Assembly: GCA_040954595.2 (NCBI GenBank) | Contig: CM082578.2 | Span: forward strand, 8,541,519-8,605,518 | DNA from: Balanoglossus misakiensis | Lineage: Eukaryota; Animalia; Hemichordata | Direction: 5' to 3' | DNA length: 64,000 nucleotides | Part shown: piece by piece, positions 15,001-39,815 of the stretch | Numbering within the stretch: position 1 is the first letter of the stretch | Layout: each line of letters begins with the position of its first letter | Notes under the pieces: generated by a model | What the model was told of the DNA's origin: nothing | The model's input: the letters and a program-made list of their open reading frames with translations, nothing else | The model's database searches: none | Translations under genes and position numbers: made by a program

Positions 15001-18000
15001 CATGATTTTTATCGAAAAATGAAGAATTTTTGATGTTTCGGAAAGTCGAAAAATTGTCATTTTTTGACGATTTTCATGAGCTATAACCCATGATTTTTAT
15101 CAAAAATTGAAGAATTTATGATGTTTCGGAAAGTCGAAAAATTGTCATTTTTTGACGATTTTCATGAGCTATAATCCATGATTTTTATCAAAAAATGGAG
15201 AATTTTTGATGTTTCGGAAAGTCGAAAAATTGTCATTTTTTGACGATTTTCATGAGCTATAACCCATGATTTTTATCAAAAAATGAAGAATTTTTAATGG
15301 TTCGGAAAGTCGAAAAATTGTCATTTTTTGACGATTTTCATGGGCTATAACCCATGATTTTTATCAAAAAATGAAGAATTTTTGATGTTTCGGAAAGTCG
15401 AAAAATTGTCATTTTTTGACGATTTTCATGAGCTATAACCCATGATTTTTATCAAAAAATGAAGAATTTTTGATGTTTCGGAAAGTCGAAAAATTGTCAT
15501 TTTTTGACGATTTTCATGAGCTATAATCCATGATTTTTATCAAAAAATGGAGAATTTTTGATGTTTCGGAAAGTCGAAAAATTGTCATTTTTTGACGATT
15601 TTCATGAGCTATAACCCATGATTTTTATCAAAAAATGAAGAATTTTTGATGTTTCGGAAAGTCGAAAAATTGTCATTTTTTGACGATTTTCATGAGCTAT
15701 AACCCATGATTTTTATCAAAAAAATGAAGAATTTTTGATGTTTCGGAAAGTCGAAAAATTGTCATTTTTTGACGATTTTCATGAGCTATAACCCATGATT
15801 TTTATCAAAAAATGAAGAATTTTTGATGTTTCGGAAAGTCGAAAAATTGTCATTTTTTGACGATTTTCATGAGCTATAACCCATGATTTTTATCAAAAAA
15901 TGAAGAATTTTTGATGTTTCGGAAAGTCGAAAAATTGTCATTTTTTGACGATTTTCATGAGCTATAACCCATGATTTTTATCAAAAAATGAAGAATTTTT
16001 GATGTTTCGGAAAGTCGAAAAATTGTCATTTTTTGACGATTTTCATGAGCTATAACCCATGATTTTTATCAAAAAATGAAGAATTTTTGATGTTTCGGAA
16101 AGTCGAAAAATTGTCATTTTTTGACGATTTTCATGAGCTATAACCCATGATTTTTATCAAAAAATGAAGAATTTTTGATGTTTCGGAAAGTCGAAAAATT
16201 GTCATTTTTTGACGATTTTCATGAGCTATAACCCATGATTTTTTTCAAAAAATGAAGAATTTTTGATGTTTCGGAAAGTCGTAAAATTGTCATTTTTTGA
16301 CGATTTTCATGAGCTATAACCCATGATTTTTATCAAAAAAATGAAGAATTTTTGATGTTTCGGAAAGTCGAAAAATTGTCATTTTTTGACGATTTTCATG
16401 AGCTATAACCCATGATTTTTATCAAAAAATGAAGAATTTTAGATGTTTCGGAAAGTCGAAAAATTGTCATTTTTTGACGATTTTCATGAGCTATAACCCA
16501 TGATTTTTATCAAAAAATGAAGAATTTTTGATGTTTCGGAAAGTCGAAAAATTGTCATTTTTTGACGATTTTCATGGGCTATAACCCATGATTTTTATCA
16601 AAAAATGAAGAATTTTTGATGGTTCGGAAAGTCGAAAAATTGTCATTTTTTGACGATTTTCATGGGCTATAACCCATGATTTTTATCAAAAAATGAAGAA
16701 TATTTGATGTTTCGGAAAGTCGAAAAATTGTCATTTTTTGACGATTTTCATGAGCTATAACCCATGATTTTTATCAAAAAATGAAGAATTTTTGATGTTT
16801 CGGAAAGTCGAAAAATTGTCATTTTTTGACGATTTTCATGAGCTATAACCCATGATTTTTATCAAAAATGAAGAATTTTTAATGGTTCGGAAAGTCGAAA
16901 AATTGTCATTTTTTGACGATTTTCATGGGCTATAACCCATGATTTTTATCAAAAAATGAAGAATTTTTGATGTTTCGGAAAGTCGAAAAATTGTCATTTT
17001 TTGACGATTTTCATGAGCTATAACCCATGATTTTTATCAAAAAAATGAAGAATTTTTGATGTTTCGGAAAGTCGAAAAATTGTCATTTTTTGACGATTTT
17101 CATGAGCTATAACCCATGATTTTTATCAAAAAATGAAGAATTTTTGATGTTTCGGAAAGTCGAAAAATTGTCATTTTTTGACGATTTTCATGAGCTATAA
17201 CCCATGATTTTTATCAAAAAATGAAGAATTTTTGATGTTTCGGAAAGTCGAAAAATTGTCATTTTTTGACGATTTTCATGAGCTATAACCCATGATTTTT
17301 ATCAAAAAATGAAGAATTTTTGATGTTTCGGAAAGTCGAAAAATTGTCATTTTTTGACGATTTTCATGAGCTATAACCCATGATTTTTATCAAAAAATGA
17401 AGAATTTTTGATGTTTCGGAAAGTCGAAAAATTGTCATTTTTTGACGATTTTCATGAGCTATAACCCATGATTTTTATCAAAAAATGAAGAATTTTTGAT
17501 GTTTCGGAAAGTCGAAAAATTGTCATTTTTTGACGATTTTCATGAGCTATAACCCATGATTTTTATCAAAAAATGAAGAATTTTTGATGTTTCGGAAAGT
17601 CGAAAAATTGTCATTTTTTGACGATTTTCATGAGCTATAACCCATGATTTTTATCAAAAAATGAAGAATTTTTGATGTTTCGGAAAGTCGAAAAATTGTC
17701 ATTGTTTGACGATTTTCATGAGCTATAACCCATGATTTTTATCAAAAAATGAAGAATTTTTGATGTTTCGGAAAGTCGAAAAATTGTCATTTTTTGACGA
17801 TTTTCATGAGCTATAACCCATGATTTTTATCAAAAAATGAAGAATTTTTGATGTTTCGGAAAGTCGAAAAATTGTCATTTTTTGACGATTTTCATGAGCT
17901 ATAACCCATGATTTTTATCAAAAAATGAAGAATTTTTGATGTTTCGGAAAGTCGAAAAATTGTCATTTTTTGACGATTTTCATGAGCTATAACCCATGAT

Positions 18001-21000
18001 TTTTATCAAAAAATGAAGAATTTTTGATGTTTCGGAAAGTCGAAAAATTGTCATTTTTTGACGATTTTCATGAGCTATAACCCATGATTTTTATCAAAAA
18101 ATGAAGAATTTTTGATGTTTCGGAAAGTCGAAAAAATTGTCATTTTTTGACGATTTTCATGAGCTATAACCCATGATTTTTATCAAAAAATGAAGAATTT
18201 TTGATGTTTCGGAAAGTCGAAAAATTGTCATTTTTTGACGATTTTCATGAGCTATAACCCATGATTTTTATCAAAAAATGAAGAATTTTTGATGTTTCGG
18301 AAAGTCGAAAAATTGTCATTTTTTGACGATTTTCATGAGCTATAACCCATGATTTTTATCAAAAAATGAAGAATTTTTGATGTTTCGGAAAGTCGAAAAA
18401 TTGTCATTTTTTGACGATTTTCATGAGCTATAACCCATGATTTTTATCAAAAAATGAAGAATTTTTGATGTTTCGGAAAGTCGAAAAATTGTCATTTTTT
18501 GACGATTTTCATGAGCTATAACCCATGATTTTTATCAAAAAATGAAGAATTTTTGATGTTTCGGAAAGTCGAAAAATTGTCATTTTTTGACGATTTTCAT
18601 GAGCTATAACCCATGATTTTTATCAAAAAATGAAGAATTTTTGATGTTTCGGAAAGTCGAAAAATTGTCATTTTTTGACGATTTTCATGAGCTATAACCC
18701 ATGATTTTTATCAAAAAATGAAGAATTTTTGATGTTTCGGAAAGTCGAAAAATTGTCATTTTTTGACGATTTTCATGAGCTATAACCCATGATTTTTATC
18801 AAAAAATGAAGAATTGTTGATGTTTCGGAAAGTCGAAAAATTGTCATTTTTTGACGATTTTCATGAGCTATAACCCATGATTTTTATCAAAAAATGAAGA
18901 ATTTTTGATGTTTCGGAAAGTCGAAAAATTGTCATTTTTTGACGATTTTCATGAGCTATAACCCATGATTTTTATCAAAAAATGAAGAATTTTTGATGTT
19001 TCGGAAAGTCGAAAAATTGTCATTTTTTGACGATTTTCATGAGCTATAACCCATGATTTTTATCAAAAAATGAAGAAATTTTGATGTTTCGGAAAGTCGA
19101 AAAATTGTCATTTTTTGACGATTTTCATGAGCTATAACCCATGATTTTTATCAAAAAATGAAGAATTTTTGATGTTTCGGAAAGTCGAAAAATTGTCATT
19201 TTTTGACGATTTTCATGAGCTATAACCCATGATTTTTATCAAAAAATGAAGAATTGTTGATGTTTCGGAAAGTCGAAAAATTGTCATTTTTTGACGATTT
19301 TCATGAGCTATAACCCATGATTTTTATCAAAAAATGAAGAATTTTTGATGTTTCGGAAAGTCGAAAAATTGTCATTTTTTGACGATTTTCATGAGCTATA
19401 ACCCATGATTTTTATCAAAAAATGAAGAATTTTTGATGTTTCGGAAAGTCGAAAAATTGTCATTTTTTGACGATTTTCATGAGCTATAACCCATGATTTT
19501 TATCAAAAAATGAAGAATTTTTGATGTTTCGGAAAGTCGAAAAATTGTCATTTTTTGACGATTTTCATGAGCTATAACCCATGATTTTTATCAAAAAATG
19601 AAGAATTTTTGATGTTTCGGAAAGTCGAAAAATTGTCATTGTTTGACGATTTTCATGAGCTATAACCCATGATTTTTATCAAAAAATGAAGAATTTTTGA
19701 TGTTTCGGAAAGTCGAAAAATTGTCATTTTTTGACGATTTTCATGAGCTATAACCCATGATTTTTATCAAAAAATGAAGAATTTTTGATGTTTCGGAAAG
19801 TCGAAAAATTGTCATTTTTTGACGATTTTCATGAGCTATAACCCATGATTTTTATCAAAAAATGAAGAATTTTTGATGTTTCGGAAAGTCGAAAAATTGT
19901 CATTTTTTGACGTTTTTCATGAGCTATAACCCATGATTTTTATCAAAAAATGAAGAATTTTTGATGTTTCGGAAAGTCGAAAAATTGTCATTTTTTGACG
20001 ATTTTCATGAGCTATAACCCATGATTTTTATCAAAAAATGAAGAATTTTTGATGTTTCGGAAAGTCGAAAAATTGTCATTTTTTGACGATTTTCATGAGC
20101 TATAACCCATGATTTTTATCAAAAAATGAAGAATTTTTGATGTTTCGGAAAGTCGAAAAATTGTCATTTTTTGACGATTTTCATGAGCTATAACCCATGA
20201 TTTTTATCAAAAAATGAAGAATTGTTGATGTTTCGGAAAGTCGAAAAATTGTCATTTTTTGACGATTTTCATGAGCTATAACCCATGATTTTTATCAAAA
20301 AATGAAGAATTGTTGATGTTTCGGAAAGTCGAATGATTGTCATTTTTTGACGATTTTCATGAGCTATAACCCATGATTTTTATCAAAAAATGAAGAATTG
20401 TTGATGTTTCGGAAAGTCGAAAAATTGTCATTTTTTGACGATTTTCATGAGCTATAACCCATGATTTTTATCAAAAAATGAAGAATTTTTGATGTTTCGG
20501 AAAGTCGAAAAATTGTCATTTTTTGACGATTTTCATGGGCTATAACCCATGATTTTTATCAAAAAAATGAAGAATTTTTGATGTTTCGGAAAGTCGAAAA
20601 ATTGTCATTTTTGACGATTTTCATGGGCTATAACCCATGATTTTTATCAAAAAATGAAGAATTTTTGATGTTTCGGAAAGTCGAAAAATTGTCATTTTTT
20701 GACGATTTTCATGGGCTATAACCCATGATTTTTATCAAAAAATGAAGAATTTTTGATGTTTCGGAAAGTCGAAAAATTGTCATTTTTGACGATTTTCATG
20801 AGCTATAACCCATGATTTTTATCAAAAAATGAAGAATTTTTGATGTTTCGGAAAGTCGAAAAATTGTCATTTTTTGACGATTTTCATGGGCTATAACCCA
20901 TGATTTTTATCAAAAAATGAAGAATTTTTGATGTTTCGGAAAGTCGAAAAATTGTCATTTTTTGACGATTTTCATGAGCTATAACCATGATTTTTTATCA

Positions 21001-21217
21001 AAAATGGATAATTTGTGAAAAAATTTAAAGTCGAAAAATTGTCATATTTTGATGATTTTCATGAGCTATAACCCATGATTTTTATTAAAAAATGAAGAAT
21101 TTTTGATGTTTCGGAAAGTCGAAAAATTGTCATATTTTGATGATTTTCATGAGCTATAACCCATGATTTTATATCAAAAATAAATAATTTTTGAAAAATT
21201 TTAAAGTCGAAAAATTG
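1..21217 (+). repeat. 88-bp tandem satellite DNA array (~241 monomers, truncated by window start)
   Basis: Monomer TGACGATTTTCATGAGCTATAACCCATGATTTTTATC(G/A)AAAAATGAAGAATTTTTGATGTTTCGGAAAGTCGAAAAATTGTCATTTTT recurs at 1, 89, 177... with very few substitutions. The last monomers (~20990-21217) are degenerate. The ORF track is empty across the array. Confidence 0.99.
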
Positions 21218-21475
21218 TTGATGAATATGTCATATTTTGACATTTTTCATGGGTTATAGCTCATGAAAATTTAAAAAAAATGAAAAATTCTCGACTTTCC
21301 GAACATTGATGAATATGTCATATTTGGACATTTTTCATGAGTTATAGCTCATGAAAATTATCAAAAAATGACATATTTTCAACTTTCCGAGTATTGATGA
21401 ATATGTCATATTTGGACATTTTTCATGGGTTAAATTTCATGAAAATTGTCAAAAAATTACAAATTCTCGACTTAC
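21218..21475 (-). repeat. Three inverted, diverged copies of the 88-bp satellite monomer
   Basis: CATGGGTTATAGCTCATGAAAAT and TCGACTTTCCGAAC are reverse complements of the array core. The unit start TTGATGAATATGTCATA recurs at 21218, 21306 and 21394 (88-bp period). Confidence 0.93.
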
Positions 21476-21935
21476 CTCCATGTTATCCTGCAATTGGTCG
21501 ATTTAATTTGCATTTCGCCAAATTGTGTTCCGGCTAGATTTTTTTGCCTACTCAGACAATTTCTGATCTGCATTTTTGACAGGAAATGGATATGATGTTT
21601 GTGGTATGAAATGTTTTAATATCAATGCATTAATTAATTTTAGATTTACTTCATGCTATCTCACTGTGATTCCGCCGATTTCGCCTAAAATGGCGGCGTT
21701 TGAGTACTAAATGGCTCTGATGAAGTGTCACGGTATTGTGCCTTTCAAGCCCAAAACGTACAGAACCTAATACGCGTTTGATGTTTGTTGGTTACAAACA
21801 ACACACAAATACTGAGCTATATTTTAGATAGATCGCTTGTCACTGAATTCTCAGGGAATGTCGATTCAGAGAAAATGTCGGGGAACCCCTTTCAGTAATC
21901 ACTGAACTTGCTGCTGCAGTAGTGATGAAATATTA

Positions 21936-21951
21936 TGGCGCCCTCTGCGAC
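21936..21951 (-). promoter_or_regulatory. CTCF-like motif next to the satellite edge
   Basis: TGGCGCCCTCTGCGAC reads CGCAGAGGGCGCCA on the reverse strand, resembling the CTCF core CCASYAGRKGGCRS. Motif match only. Confidence 0.4.
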
Positions 21952-22369
21952 TTACACCAAACTTTGACCCCCCCCCCCCCCCCCCTCCCTCAGCCTCCCG
22001 TCACTTCCTATTGAAATCACTAATAAGGATTAGGAGCTCAGACACTTGGATGCATTGGGGAGGGCGCTGATTAACTATCAAGTCAGGAATTTTTTTATTT
22101 TTTAGGTGGCGTTCATACTGTTGTATTGCTATATCTTAACGTTGGAGGACATGGAAGGCAAAAATTTTAGCAAATTTAGAAAACAAGTAAAACTTCCATC
22201 TTTGTACATGTCAATCTATAATGGCTGCAAACCTGACGCTTTTCGAGTTTCAATGGGACAACAGAGTTTGCTACAAATTAACGGTCCGGCCTTTTACCTT
22301 ACCCGTTTCAACTTGTATTTCAACATCAAGGCAGTGTTGGGGTAATAAAATGATACAGACACAAGTTTT

Positions 22370-25300
22370 TCATTTTATTCGAGTTCATTGAAAATTTTAA
22401 TTATTTTGAAACAATAAACAAAAGAGGATACATGTATACAGTATTATCTGTATACTTACAATATGAAAAATGAGCAAGTACATTATTTCTGTGAAGAACG
22501 GAAAACAAAGGAGTTGTAATTTACACAATCATGCCAAATTTTCCAAGAAACTTATGAACCATAACATAGCATCCGCTTGGTAAACAATCGAAATATTATT
22601 GTCATTAGATGTTAGATGGTCATTGCAGACTGCCAGTAACATACAGCTGAATCGCGGAAAATGGACACTTCGTCCTAAGCTTGGTTGTCGGATACCCATC
22701 TGGTCTTTGTATCTGCAAAACAAGCAATGTCGAAATGAATGTATAATATACATGGACATGAAACAAAGCATGATCACCACTGCACGCCAATTGTTGTTCA
22801 TTCGCAGATGGTACACAACTCTTACCTTCCCACCACCATGCAGTAATCTCTGGACATCAATCACACAGGCTGGCAATCATCTTAGTATCATCTATGGGAT
22901 CCCTGGAATAAATGAAAATTATGTAAATGGAATGTCTCCTACAAAGATGGCGAACATGTTTGTGCCATAACAAAATGGCCACCCTTTGAATCCAGTAGTC
23001 GGGTCGGTTTTAAAACATTGAATTGACATCCACGTATAATACCGGGTCCATATTGTTACATGCAGGTTTGTGCAAAATCAGTTCGCTTGACTGTGAAACG
23101 GCACCAGTCAATCGAGAAAAAAAATCTTCAAAATGGCCACCATGAAAAGAGGGGCTTTGATGTCTATATCGCTTGCCATTCAACAGCCATTCAACATACT
23201 GCCCTTTCCGCACCCAGCTATACTGCTGCATGGCAAAATTAACCAGTCACTTAGGCCCCAGCTTGGTTGATGAATTCCATTACGAGTTGATCTCGTCTCT
23301 GGATCTGCAAAACAAGGAAATGATCACGTTAATGTCTGTAATGTTCATGATCGTTCAGCCATGGAACACACCTGCCCTTACCTCACCCAGCTATACCACT
23401 GCATGGCGAAAAAAACTCTGGTCTCTGCATCTGCAAAACAAGCAAATGAAATATTAACAACTGAAACATATGATTTGCTACCCCTGTTAAGCAAACGTGA
23501 AAATGAAAAAAAACGAATGCCAATGTACTAGTATATTTTGTAATTTTATTGAAAAATGACGAACGACTACAAATCTCAAGACATAACTATATACGCACGC
23601 GTGAAGATGATCGTTACGGAAATAAACAACTCAGTTTAATCAGTGTACGCATGTTTTTAATTTTTTTTATTCAAAAATGACGAAAGATCACAAATCTCAA
23701 AACAGTTGTATTAACAATATACGCAAGCTCGTAGATGATCGTTACGGAAATAAACAACTCAGTTTAATCAGTGTATGCACGTTTTTAATTTTTTTTATTC
23801 AAAAATGACGTAAGATCACAAATCTCAAAACAGTTGTATTAACTATATACGCACGCGCGCAGATGATCGTTACGGAAATAAACAACTCAGTTTAATCAGT
23901 GTATGCACGTTTTTATTTTTTTTTATTCAAAAATGACGAAAGATCACAAATCTCAAAACAGTTGTATTAACAATATACGCAAGCTCGTAGATGATCGTTA
24001 CGGAAATAAACAACTCAGTTTAATCAGTGTATGCACGTTTTTAATTTTTTTTATTCAAAAATGACGTAAGATCACAAATCTCAACACAGTTGTATTAACA
24101 ATATACGCAAGCTCGTAGATGATCGTTACGGAAATAAACAACTCAGTTTAATCAGTGTATGCATGTTTTTAATATTGTTTATTGAAAACTGATGAAAGAT
24201 AACAAATCTGAAAAAACGCGTATTAATTATATTAAACCAACGGTCTAAGGGATGGGACCCACCCGCACCGGGGATTTTATTTATGTCTATATAACTTACT
24301 TGTTATGAAACTTCATATCATCCTCTGGTCTTCATTCAGCCATGGAACATACAAACGCTCACCTCATTGTAGGCTAGTTGCATGGCCCAAATATACCGTA
24401 CAACTTACCGTGACTCACACATGCACACACACTCACAACAACGAGCACCTTTCGAAGCATTCAAAGCCGATGAACTTGTTGGTGCCGTAACAAAAATGAC
24501 CCATGCACCGAGCATGTAGTCATGTTGGTTTTCAAACTGTAATGACATCCACATATGGCATCCGTATTGTCGCATTCTTCAGATTTGTGCAAAATCGGTT
24601 CGCTGAACTGGCTACCGGCACCAGTCAGAATCGTAGAAAGTTCTTAAAAATTGCCAAAAAAAATTGGCTGATACCGCTTACTTTGACATCATGCTTGTAA
24701 CATCATAGCATCAACGCGGAACGTACTGCATCGGTTCATCCCGGCCTTCGATCTGCAAAATGAGGAAACAAATTGAATGTCTATCCATGAACACGAAACC
24801 AAATATCAACCGTGATAACCGTACGCTAAACTGTTGTTCATTCGCATATTGTACATTATACACGACGACAATATATGTTTAGGGCTTCGTTGACAGACAA
24901 GTAGCCCAAAACCCCAGAATGGCACTATGTACATTTCCATATTTCCAAGTTTAGGCCTACAGCCAAGCGGAACATTTTAAACTCCGACAAAAAAAATATT
25001 TCTTTTTTGGCAACGACTGCACGGACACACAAAAATAACTGTTCCCAATAAATCGTTTCAAAGCTGTTTTTGCCATTGTCTGGTAGTGTAATACAAATTG
25101 TGCATTCGCCCACACTCGAAAACATGCTGACTACACGTGAACCTGCCGTCAATTCATCGAACCCGCTACCAATTCATCGTGGCCCCCTCCCCTCTCCCGA
25201 AAAAATACCTTGTATTTTATGTAAAAAAATAACTGCCGCCCACCAGTAGAGCTATAACACCGACATGTCTCAAGTTGAGTAACGCGAAAGGGTGGAATTT

Positions 25301-25620
25301 GTGAATTAAAACGCAGGGAAGCTCTGACTCGAGCTGTCTGACGGTGACACATGAAATTTTCAATTCTGCAGTGGTGTAAACGTCTGGCTTTTTAGTTGTC
25401 CGTAACTCGCCACAGAAAAACCCATGTTTCTGGTCAAAAATTGAGTAAATGTGTCTACTTCTGTTACTTTACTTACCGCTGTCGTCATGAAAACTATCGG
25501 GTGGAGAAACTCTGTTTTGGGGTAGAGTTCTCCGCATCTTCGCGTAGTCCGTGCACCAGCGTGGCCGTCTGACTCTCTTATGGAAATGCTCGGAAGGCTA
25601 GACGGAAATTTCCAAGTGGA
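22370..25620 (-). ncRNA. Candidate multi-exon non-coding transcript built from duplicated exon/intron modules
   Basis: Minus-strand canonical splice signals delimit candidate exons ~25620-25477 (donor G|GTAAGT), 24752-24682, 23430-23382, 23304-23209 (donor degenerate), 22902-22826 and 22712-~22370 (AATAAA at 22379-22374). Four acceptors share TTTTGCAG|AT. Exon 24752-24682 has stops in all three frames. Confidence 0.35.
23540..24230 (+). repeat. 128-bp tandem minisatellite, ~5.3 copies
   Basis: GATGATCGTTACGGAAATAAACAACTCAGTTTAATCAG at 23606, 23734, 23862, 23990 and 24118. The flanking copies are degenerate. Confidence 0.95.
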
Positions 25621-25730
25621 GATGGCACAGGTGGCTACAACCAATCAACAACGAAAACTTTGCTCTGACGCGTCTCAAGTCACGTCACGTGACCCGCATC
25701 AAAAGTGCTAACACAGTTACGTAACTGTTG
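25595..25730. promoter_or_regulatory. Promoter-like motif cluster (CCAAT, GTCACGTGAC E-box, 16-bp palindrome with TTACGTAA core)
   Basis: AACCAATCA at ~25639, GTCACGTGAC at 25684-25693 and the perfect palindrome ACAGTTACGTAACTGT at 25713-25728. CpG-rich, ~0.9 kb upstream of the ABCC start codon. Confidence 0.5.
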
Positions 25731-26602
25731 GAATTTCGGATTACTATTTTTGTCGTAGTTGGCCAGCCTGAGACATTTTGAACATCAAACGATTCCACAT
25801 TCGAAAGTTTACCATGCGCTTTGAAATGTTGGAGTAGGGGAAAATCGACTGAACATCACCGCCTGATTTCTTTACTATCAATCACATGATCTGGCCATGT
25901 GAACCACGGCGTTGTCATTTCCAGGTGACGGGCAAACAATATTTCGGCATCTGTCCAGTAAAAGTTTTTCCAAGCATGTTTTACGTCAGAACTACCACAC
26001 ACGTAACGTGTATCAGCCTCATAGCATTTCGTCTACACAATCTTTGTCTGCACCACGTTGCTGAAGTTGCCCGGCCGTCTGCAGCTGGACATTTGAATGA
26101 CAACGTAACTGGGCCTGAACATTAAATAAATAAAACATAATTTTGACCAGAACGGGCCCCCGTATTTATTGTCAGCATTGTTAATGTTATCGTGCAAAAT
26201 ATGAATTCAAGTCCGAACAAGAATTCATTTGTCGTTATACTATGTTGACAAGTGGAGTATTTGGTAAATTAGCATGTTGTTTGAAGTAGAACAAGAAATT
26301 GCATTTTAAACACAAAAGAAAAATCTCAAATCACCACATGTAACACTCGCACGTATCTTTCTACGCGAGGTTTACTCAATGGCATTGTTACACCACAGTT
26401 ACCCCAACCACCACAGTTTTTAAGCTACCCTTAATTCCCGTGACCCGACGTCACCCTAAGCACACGAAAAAGGGGGCGTTCCTATACGAAGTAGTTATCG
26501 ATAGGAAAAGTACGCATGCCCTGTTGTCAACTCGCTTTCAGAGTAGGACCAGGACTGGTACTTCGCCAGTCAGGCCAATCGATCATTTACACGGAAACAG
26601 TC

Positions 26603-39815
<13,213 letters not shown>

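Noticed and set aside
1-21475. Palindromic regularly spaced repeats suggesting a CRISPR array
   Set aside because: There are no unique spacers and no cas genes, and the context is eukaryotic; this is a plain tandem satellite.
21712-21820. TGATGA...CTGA with short terminal stem, a possible C/D snoRNA
   Set aside because: The C box lacks the 5' purine and I cannot recognise an rRNA or snRNA antisense element.
22106-26125. Short ORFs in the junction zone
   Set aside because: No recognisable domains, many non-ATG starts, and the paralogous segments do not preserve a convincing reading frame.
26516-26602. Upstream in-frame ATG extending the ABCC N-terminus by 29 aa
   Set aside because: Similarity to SUR begins at MAFERFCG (26603), which has the better start context.
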